Shown here: positions 56,259 through 64,000 of the stretch, piece after piece
How positions within the stretch are numbered: the stretch's first letter is position 1
Layout of the letters: each line of letters begins with the position of its first letter
NCBI GenBank assembly: GCA_000002445.1
Contig: CM000208.1
Location: forward strand, 32,001 to 96,000
Length of the DNA: 64,000 nt
Direction: 5' to 3'
Source of the DNA: Trypanosoma brucei
Taxonomy: Eukaryota
Notes under the pieces: model-generated
The model's input: the letters and a program-made list of their open reading frames with translations, nothing else
Told to the model about the DNA's origin: nothing
Databases searched by the model: none
Translations under genes and position numbers: made by a program

Positions 56259-58373
56259 ACTCCCATGGCCAAGTGTTTTAGTGGTGGTGGGTAATCACTC
56301 CCCCATTTTTTTTTATTCTCTTCGTGAAGTTGTATATTGTGTATGATAAATTTTTTTTTTTAAAGGAGAAGCGAAGGAAATAATAAATTAAAAAAAAAGG
56401 CCCAAAAGGGGAAGAAAAAGAGCAAAAAAAAATCTAGTAGGAAATCGAGAATAGTAACAGCATCAACAAAAAAGTGTGAAAGGATACATAAAAGGGAATG
56501 AGTGAAGAGAGGAGAAGTGGTGTGATGCAAGGGATTCAAAGAAAGAAGGTGAAAGGACAAATGACAACAACTATTATTTCAAACGCACCGGAGAAGTAAA
56601 AGAAAAGACAAGGAAGACTAATGTGAGTTGTCGCACATATGTTTGCGCTAGCGTGCATTCATATATGTATCACTATATAAATGAAGTTAGGAGCGGAAAC
56701 AGTTAACGCTGCAATGAAAAAAAAAAAGAGAGAAAGGAACAAAGAAAAAAAAACATGCATAAAAAATGATAGTATAAAATTAAAAAAAACAGAGAAACGT
56801 AAGGAACGGAAGTGGATCTCCGAAAGGAAGTAAAAAATAAAAAATAAAAAAATGGTGTGAACTGCCCCCCTGGTGAACGGGGTTACCACAAGTGTTTCCA
56901 CGACTCCCCCCCCCTTCCCCAAAGATAAAAAAAAGTTAATGAAGCAAACAAACGGAAACGAAAAAAAAGAAAAGAAAGAAAAAAGAAAACATGCCTGTAT
57001 AATCAAATGTGAAAGGAAGAAGCGTGACTTATCATCTTTGGATTCTGTCTTTCCTTTTAAATACGTCGAAGGAGGTTTGTGCAGTCGCTCTGCTTTGCCA
57101 TTAAGCCAGTGGTGAGTAAAAGGTACGAATCAAAAGGTAGAAGATGTCATACGTGTGCGTGGTTTTTGCGAGAAAAAAAAAATTGAGCATCGTTTCTCAA
57201 AGTGATGGGTGACACGGAAATGAAGGTGGGGAAAAAGTGAGGGCCTTATGTTTCGGGAGATGTGTGTGTGTGTGTGCCTGTGTATTTGAACTTCAAGTAT
57301 TAAAACGATTGCAGTGGTCGTTTTAATTTCCTTTTGAGGGGGTTTATCTTCATAGTTTGTACCATTTCACCTCCCATCGCCGTAACCCTGCGTGTTTTTG
57401 TAAAGTTTTGACGGTAATTGGTTGTCTATTACGCGTTGTAGTACTCGTTTGTTGTTTTTTTTTAAATGCAAGTTTCCATTTTCTCCTCGTATATTCCTTC
57501 TGCCACCCGGTCTTTTCCCGTTCCCTTCGCTTTTCCCCCATGCCGCTGCACGTTGCCGCCTTGCGGGTTGAAGGTGAGATGTTGGGTTTGTTATTATTAT
57601 TATTATTGAAAATTGTAAAAATGGAGTGAAATGTCGGACGATGCGAAAGTGAGGAATCAAAAATCAAAAAAAAAGCATACACACATATATATATATTTAT
57701 ATATAAAGGGGGAAATCGTAAGAATCACAATAAAAGGAGGGGGAAACGGTGAAAAGTTTACCATGTCACATGAGAGAGCATATGCGTGTGATGCCTTTTG
57801 AACATTACTTTTGTAGGGTCAGCAACCATTTGATGGAAGCAGCAGTAAACAACAAAAAAAGAAGTGGATGTGAAAGGTGGGAATATGGTGGTGGGGATGT
57901 TATACCAATTTTTATATTTGTGTTGTTTTCCCCCGTATAGAACACACAGGGATGAAAGGCGAGGGGGGGGGCGATTTTGTCTAGTGGTATCAACGGGAAG
58001 GAGAAGTGTGCTAAATGAACGAATCATCTTTTTTTTTCTTTTATCTTCTTTTGGGTTGTATCATATGAAAACGCAACCACAGGGGAGGGAAAAGGGGGGA
58101 AAGTGACGTGAAATATATGCAAAGGAAAGGAAAACAAAGTAAGTTGCTATTCTGTATAGTTGCTTGTTTCACGCGTATGGACCAAACATCTTCGAATGCG
58201 GTTCTCAGCGAGTCTTTGTGCTCAATTTCCTTTTCATTCGTTTTCTCACTTGAGTAACCTCTCATTGCTTTGGTATTTCTTTACACACAAGCACGCTTTC
58301 TTCCTTTTTTTTAAAAAAACTCCTGTAAGTGATATCTTTATATGGCTAGGAGAACACAGATACGCATATACGT

Positions 58374-58375
<2 letters not shown>

Positions 58376-58409
<34 letters not shown>
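58376..58409. repeat. (TA)n microsatellite. Other (TA)n/(AT)n runs at 5922-5946, 42321-42338, 49409-49431 and 58847-58869; (TG)n at 57262-57276; (CA)n at 1569-1583.
   Basis: Direct reading of dinucleotide runs. Confidence 0.9.
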
Positions 58410-58411
<2 letters not shown>

Positions 58412-59040
58412 TGACGGATTGTGTGGGTGCGTAGAGCCCCTCTGAGCCCCCTCTTCTTTTACTTTTGTACTGAACTATTGATTTCATTTTGCCTTCGTGG
58501 GCCCTCCCTTTTCAATCACATGTGGTGTAAAAAAAAAAATAATTACCGAAACTCAGGCACGCATGGCACTCGCTTCCCTTCCCCTTGACTTACACACTGC
58601 GCTGCGTGGCAACAAGCGACCTCGACTCTGAAGGGACGACTGGAGGAAAGTGGAAAAAAGAAAGGAGGTTTTTCTCGTTGTCTCACTCAGTTCGTTCTCC
58701 TCACTTTTTTTTTTGTTTCTGTGCTGCTGCCACAGTCACAACGGCAACCGATACAATATGCTTTTAAATTCCTCCTTTTTTGTTTATTTTGTTCTTATTG
58801 CCGTTGTATTCATCACACCTCACCGGGTGTGGTTCGTATATATATATATATATATATATGTCTACGTGTTTCTGCATTGCTCTGTATATATTTATATATA
58901 CGTATGTGCAGATGTTGCTCCTGTTCTTTACTGTGTTCTGTTTCTCCTTCACTGCGTTGGCGCTTTCCTTCAAATTTCTTTATATAATTTACTTTTTTTT
59001 TGTCGGCACATCCTCCTTTCGATCAGTTTGGGCTTATGGG

Positions 59041-59436
59041 ATGGACCCTGCCGATCCCACGGCGTCTGAATGTGACAAAATCAGTAGCATCGTGTCGAGG
59101 TTAGAAATGAATGAGAAGCGTCAACATGAACTGATGCTCCAAATCAGCGCATGCGAAGCCCGCATTAGGGCTATTGAAGCTCATATGTCTAGGAATTCCG
59201 ATGAGGTGCCGAAAAAATCATTAGATTCACAAGTTAATGATCGCATGAAAACCGATGATAGAAAGCAGGCGGTGGCTGTAACGGAGGAAAGGATATGCGA
59301 TTACTGTCTTATTTTCACGCAGTGTTGGTCATGCCCGGCTTGTGGACGTGAGTGGTACTGCAGTAGCCGATGCCAGCGCTTAAGGACTTACCTTCATGGG
59401 CCATTTTGTGGTTGTCAGAGACCTGCGGTTGCATAG
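59041..59436 (+). CDS. Small MYND-type zinc-finger protein (~131 aa) with an N-terminal coiled coil.
   Basis: CDYCLIFTQCWSCPACGREWYCSSRCQRLRTYLHGPFC fits C-x2-C-x7-C-x2-C-x5-YCSxxCQ-x6-H-x3-C (zf-MYND). The upstream part of the 58780 ORF is a translated (TA)n/pyrimidine tract. Confidence 0.6.
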   Translation: MDPADPTASECDKISSIVSRLEMNEKRQHELMLQISACEARIRAIEAHMSRNSDEVPKKSLDSQVNDRMKTDDRKQAVAVTEERICDYCLIFTQCWSCPACGREWYCSSRCQRLRTYLHGPFCGCQRPAVA

Positions 59437-59762
59437 GCGCGTCACAAAATCCCCACGTGTTAGATATTTCTTCTTTTCGTTGCTTCCGCCTTCACATGTG
59501 GTAAACGAGGCGAACCCAAGACAAAAATGGAAGTGTGTGGCGTCTCATACGTACACGCATAATTCACCTGTATTTCACATTTAACATTTGCTTATGTAGA
59601 ATGCATAGATGGAATAGTCACTGCTATTACTATTGTTGTCAAACTTGTTTGACACGAACATCTTTCGACCCCCTCCCCAACCCGTTCCCTTCGTAGGCTG
59701 TGAAGTGTTATCTTTTTCTTCCCCAAACTTTCCCAGCAGGTGCGGAAGCAGTTTTCGAAGAA

Positions 59763-61070
59763 ATGGAAAAGGCCCGTCAATGGGCCTCTGAACTTTTCTC
59801 TGCGGATGTCGTGGAGGTGATGAGAGCTCGACAGGCGCTGGCGCGTTTGATGTCACCGAGGGATTTACTCGAACTGTGGCGAGGAGGGCAACAGGATGCA
59901 GCAGCAGCACTCCTTAATGAAGCGGAGGAGGTTGGGTGCCCTGAAGTGTACGCATCTCTGGGGGAAAGCTTCAACCAATTGCTTGGTTCCGGTTGCCAAG
60001 CGTCAATTGCGAGTGAGTTTCTTATTCTGGACGAGTCCCACATTGTTCTGCGTTTTCTTTTAGCTGGAGTAGGGCATGAAGATGTCATGAGGGCGGGTTG
60101 CTTACGTCCCGCGCTTATCGGTGCACTGGCCGTTTTGCCCGAGCGGATGGCTCCAGCTGTAGGCGAACTGTTCTGTGCATCCTTGAGGAGCGAGAAAATA
60201 TTGAGGTTGTTTGATGAAAATTCCCCCGAGTCGGAGGATAATTTGAGGGTTTGTGAGTTCCTTGCTGCTCACACTGATTTACCGTCTTTCATTGTCAACG
60301 CCACGCTCGAAGCGTTCGAGAGTGACCCCCTACTCGTTGCGAATTACCTTATAGTGAGCGGCATTGTAAGTCGTCACACGGAGTTATCGACACAGTTACT
60401 CGGTAGGATCTACCATGAGCTCACGAATGGCATAAACGGTTTTTTGTTCCCGTTTGTGTGTCGTGCGTGCGCAATAACCCTCAACAAGCACGAGGAAAAC
60501 GCCGGGAAGTATGCTGAGTTGTGGGGAACTGCCGTTGCTGCTCAGTTGGACCGCTGCGATCCGGACACTCGCGATGCAATTTACGATCTTCTCGGCGCGG
60601 CAAGCACTACACAAACGGGATGGGGAGCTGTACAATCTTTTGTTAAGGAGGAAGACCTGCTGCATGCACTCGGTGCGAAGAAACTGTGCGCTGGTGCGCT
60701 GAGCTTTATGAGTGTTGTTGTGCAGTCTCTTTTCGTACCTGATACATTTTTTACTCGACAGATTCTCACTGCGGCGTGGCAGTTACGAGTCAGCCAGGAC
60801 GATACCACTCGAGAGAGGTTGTGGGAGTTTATTGTTAAGTGTCTTTCACGTGAGTCGTTGGTGTTTATTATCTTTCCACTGTGTGCTTCTTACCTCTGCT
60901 CTTCACGTCAAGAGCATTTGGTTAACATTCGTGGTTTGCAACTCGACGCGGCCACTCGTCTTGTTGCTTCTGGGGTCCTTCCACCTGAATTGACAGAACG
61001 GCTACAAGTCTACATCTCCCGAGGGCTTTATCCTCCTGGGTCAGTGGGTGTAGAAACAATGTCACATTAA
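59763..61070 (+). CDS. Hypothetical protein (~435 aa), Leu/Ala-rich helical (ARM/HEAT-like?).
   Basis: Long ORF in array orientation. ATG 59763 follows tatctttttcttccccaaactttcccagcag (pyrimidine tract + AG). Confidence 0.5.
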   Translation: MEKARQWASELFSADVVEVMRARQALARLMSPRDLLELWRGGQQDAAAALLNEAEEVGCPEVYASLGESFNQLLGSGCQASIASEFLILDESHIVLRFLLAGVGHEDVMRAGCLRPALIGALAVLPERMAPAVGELFCASLRSEKILRLFDENSPESEDNLRVCEFLAAHTDLPSFIVNATLEAFESDPLLVANYLIVSGIVSRHTELSTQLLGRIYHELTNGINGFLFPFVCRACAITLNKHEENAGKYAELWGTAVAAQLDRCDPDTRDAIYDLLGAASTTQTGWGAVQSFVKEEDLLHALGAKKLCAGALSFMSVVVQSLFVPDTFFTRQILTAAWQLRVSQDDTTRERLWEFIVKCLSRESLVFIIFPLCASYLCSSRQEHLVNIRGLQLDAATRLVASGVLPPELTERLQVYISRGLYPPGSVGVETMSH

Positions 61071-61363
61071 GAGTTTTTGCAGATGTTGCTTTATGATCAG
61101 CTATCGCGCGAAACGATGTGAGGCACTGCAGTCGCGTTGCGCGTGTGCAGGCGACTCGTAAATATTATTCCACCCTTGTTGCGGTACTTGTGCATCGTGG
61201 GTCAATTTGTCTGGGGGTGTGTAAGGTTATTCTAATCATCCTTTTGTGTGGGTTGCGCTTGCTTTGTCGGTTGCTGCCGCTCTAGTTTCTCGTTTGCTCT
61301 TTCCTTTTCTTTTGTAATCTCCTTTTGCTTGCTTCTTTAACAACGAGGTTAGGTGCGGGTGCG

Positions 61364-62251
61364 ATGTCGGTACGGGAACGAGCTGTGGTACTTATTGATG
61401 GCCCAGCGTTGATTCACCGTTGGTATTACCGTTGGTTGTACACTAATAGAAATAACCCCGTTGATGTGAAGCGCTTTGCCATAACAAATGCGCGGCACAC
61501 AATTGCTATAGCGCATAGCTTTGATCCCAGTCACTTGATGCAGCACCTTCTCTCGCCGCAGGTGGAGTACACGCATACACCCAAACATAACAAGCTAATT
61601 ATATGTTTCGATCAAGGTGATGGCGGCCGTCGAGAGATTTACCCAAAGTACAAGTTAAATCGTGAGGGACGAGAAGTAGGGGAAGAGCTTGGAGTCATAC
61701 AAAAGGTCGCCACGAAGGTGTTTCTGGGTGAGCCGAAGAATACGCTTTTAATTGTACCTCACTTTGACTCGAAGCTCAAGAATGTGAATGCCGAAGCCGA
61801 CGATATGATTTCCACCTTAGCACAACATACCCAACGAATTAGAATTCCCACTGTCATAATGTCGCATGACCATGACCTGTACCAGCTTATCGATGAGGCG
61901 AGTAGGTGTTATTACTACGACATTCGTACGAAGCATCTCATATCTGAAAAGGGTGTAATTGAGCGTCTCGGCGTTCACCCAAAGCTCGTACGGGATTACA
62001 AATGCTTAGCGGGTGACCCTTCTGACAATATTCCTGGTGTGAAGGGAATTGGGAAAACCCGAGCACTGCAGCTGCTAAAAAAGTACGGTGACTTGGAGGG
62101 AGTGCTCACCAAAGGCACTAAGAAGCAAGGTGGGGTTGTTGGTGATTTACTGAGGGCTGGTGTCGAGGGTGCCGAACTTTCACGGAAACTTGTAGAGCTG
62201 CGTGACTGTCCTAGTGTACTTAGGGTGTGTGAATTCTTCCTGAAGCTATAA
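61364..62251 (+). CDS. 5-prime-3-prime exonuclease / flap endonuclease of the bacterial Pol I N-terminal-domain type (kinetoplastid SSE1-like structure-specific endonuclease), ~295 aa.
   Basis: N-terminal AVVLIDGPALIHRWYY. Central acidic cluster ..HDHDLYQL... Helix-hairpin-helix (H3TH) motif KCLAGDPSDNIPGVKGIGKTRALQLLKKYGDLEGVL. Confidence 0.7.
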   Translation: MSVRERAVVLIDGPALIHRWYYRWLYTNRNNPVDVKRFAITNARHTIAIAHSFDPSHLMQHLLSPQVEYTHTPKHNKLIICFDQGDGGRREIYPKYKLNREGREVGEELGVIQKVATKVFLGEPKNTLLIVPHFDSKLKNVNAEADDMISTLAQHTQRIRIPTVIMSHDHDLYQLIDEASRCYYYDIRTKHLISEKGVIERLGVHPKLVRDYKCLAGDPSDNIPGVKGIGKTRALQLLKKYGDLEGVLTKGTKKQGGVVGDLLRAGVEGAELSRKLVELRDCPSVLRVCEFFLKL

Positions 62252-63518
62252 AAGTATCGAGGTTTATCAGCTCACATGTTGTCGGTTGTCACTCTCTGTC
62301 ATCCTTCCATATACATTGTTTGTTGTATTTCGTTCTCACCCATTTCCCCCTTGCCGATGTCGCTGAGTTTGGCTTTTTGGCATTCCGCGTTGTGACGTGG
62401 ATGCATCTCACAACAGTGCAGCGGTGCTCCCATTTGGAGAGTTGATGCTTACCGTTGCGTTGACGGGGGTGGTGGTGGACTTTTAACTGTTCACGTACGA
62501 GGACCCCTTTTAATTTGTTCCATAGAAACACGCCGTCCCGCCGTGCAGTGGGGTTGAAATAGAGAAGGAGATTTAGTGCGAAATGTAGCGTTTTGGGGGA
62601 GGGGGGGGGAATGAAGTGTGGTCTGGATTGGGAATGTAGCTTTGAAAATGGTGGTCCCAAATGCGGTTGCGGTAGGCAGCCGAAGTTGGTGCGTTTTGAC
62701 AAGCAACAGTGGCCGCACTCACCTTTTGACTGCGAGAAGAGGAACTAAAAGGAAGCATCTCGATGTGTCGAATACTCAATGCACTAATTATAAAATGTAG
62801 CGGTATTTGGTAAGGGACGTGTATCTCATCGTCTTTAGTTCATGGCGGAGGGGATTCTTGTGCCTTTTTGTTTTTTTTTAATACTGCTTTGCCCTCCTCC
62901 ATTTCTTTCCGATATTCTTGGCTTCTCAAGGGAGAAAGTGCGTGTGTCATATCTATTGTACTTCTCACTTTTGTGTTTTTTTTCTTTCAGCTCCACGAAT
63001 GTTGAGCATGCGTTCCTAAACATGACCATTCCTCTTCTTTTTGTTGTCATTGTGACCATGCCTTTTTTTTTAAAAAAAAAAAACAGGAGTGTTTCCCCCT
63101 TCCATTCTTTGTGTTTCTATCTCCATTCCATCACTTTTCGGATCTTGTTGAACCACTTTGCGCACTCCACCGGGGCACAGCCGTAGAAATATAGAAACAA
63201 ATAAAGAAGGACTAAATATATTTGTAGAATTTATTCGTCAAGTAGGAAGAGGGTTCCAACAGCGGTAAGTTCCTCCTTGGTGTGTGTGAACTTGGGGACA
63301 TATTGAGTTCAAGACGAACAAAATCAACTAAGCCATTTACGAAAGAGTGAGAGGAAGGATTGAAGTATTGATAATCGACTTATTGAAATCTTTTTTTTTT
63401 TTTGAATAGAGCAACTTAAGAGATAGAATAAGCGAGCAAATACACAAAAGGGGAGAAACCCGAAAGTAAACCCATTGGAAGAAGAGGCGATAGGGGCAAA
63501 GGTAATTATTTGCACACT

Positions 63519-64000
63519 ATGATTTCCGTCTTGTCGCCCTCTGACTTCGAAAAGGCAAAAGAGTTCCGTGCCTTCTTGCGAAACCTCGGGCTATCGAAAT
63601 CTTTGGACCTTTTTTCGGAACAATGGGATGAACTCGTAAAACAGCAAAAGGAGATTACCACCAACGAGGAAAGGATGTCGGAACAGGATAAAGAAAAGTC
63701 TCAGAGGGTTTCAAGTGCAGGCTCTACGCCATCCGTAACAGCCGCTCGTGTGCTACGCGTGAAGCATCGTGTGGTGTCGGCAGTTGGTATAGAAGATGAT
63801 TTGTGGCAACCTGTTGGTCATGAGTTTCTCTCCCCCGCCTTCACTACAGGAGCTGGTATTTCGTTGGAAGCCTATGAGATGGCAAGGCAGAATGACGCTG
63901 TCACTTTGGTTTGTACAAACCCGTACTTTAAGGAACCACCACCATCTAATCTACCGCTGGAGCACTTTGATTTACGAGTGTGGTATGAAAGCGGTAAGAC
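63519..64000 (+). CDS. 5-prime part of an ORF running off the window end (>=160 codons without stop). Hypothetical protein.
   Basis: ATG at 63519 after a T-run/pyrimidine tract. Translation MISVLSPSDFEKAKEFRAFLRNLGLSKSLDLFSEQWDELVKQQKEITTNEERMSEQDKEKSQRVSS.. has no stop to position 64000. Confidence 0.4.
   Translation, partial: MISVLSPSDFEKAKEFRAFLRNLGLSKSLDLFSEQWDELVKQQKEITTNEERMSEQDKEKSQRVSSAGSTPSVTAARVLRVKHRVVSAVGIEDDLWQPVGHEFLSPAFTTGAGISLEAYEMARQNDAVTLVCTNPYFKEPPPSNLPLEHFDLRVWYESGK

Noticed and set aside
56659-57006. 115-aa minus-strand ORF rich in Phe/Ser (MIIQACFLFSFFSFFSF..)
   Set aside because: It is simply the translation of the poly(A)/purine-rich intergenic tract read on the opposite strand. 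It has extreme low complexity and no start context.
1-64000. CRISPR arrays, rRNA genes, prokaryotic operon signals
   Set aside because: The sequence is clearly eukaryotic (kinetoplastid) nuclear DNA. No direct-repeat/spacer arrays or rRNA-like segments were observed.

Overview
This window looks like nuclear DNA from a Trypanosoma brucei-group trypanosome. The basis is the presence of ingi/RIME non-LTR retroelements and retrotransposon-hot-spot (RHS) genes, plus intron-less housekeeping genes arranged head-to-tail on one strand and each preceded by a polypyrimidine tract. It has two parts. (1) Positions ~1-35,700 form an accessory, subtelomere-like block. Its minus strand carries two RHS pseudogenes, each interrupted at the same hot-spot codon by a retroelement. 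One insertion is a near full-length but degenerate ~5.26 kb ingi. The other is a 0.5 kb RIME with a perfect 12-bp target-site duplication. Between them lie two tandem pseudogenes for secreted/GPI-type surface proteins. A composite degenerate ingi-related element lies on the plus strand. Further right is a third, freshly inserted RIME with intact TSD, then a long gene-poor stretch whose strand composition flips at ~26 kb, and a GT-rich tract at 32.8-35.7 kb. (2) Positions ~35,800-64,000 hold the start of a plus-strand polycistronic core array: a hypothetical protein, a Cid1-family nucleotidyltransferase, Cbf5 pseudouridine synthase, ATP synthase gamma, RPS6, V-ATPase proteolipid c, a multi-TM protein, RPL37a, proteasome alpha5, PEX14, a 723-aa low-complexity protein, BolA, RPL32, a small conserved protein, proteasome alpha2, a hypothetical protein, a pumilio protein, a MYND-finger protein, a hypothetical protein, a Pol-I-type 5-prime nuclease and a partial ORF. 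The gene order matches my recollection of the left end of T. brucei chromosome 10 (memory only, not checked). No rRNA, tRNA or CRISPR was recognised. The points most worth following up are the divergent strand-switch/transcription-start candidate region (26-35.7 kb, GT-rich tract, G18 run), the nested/recombined retroelement architecture with element-derived in-frame ATGs fused to RHS C-terminal halves, and the unclassified surface-protein pseudogenes.
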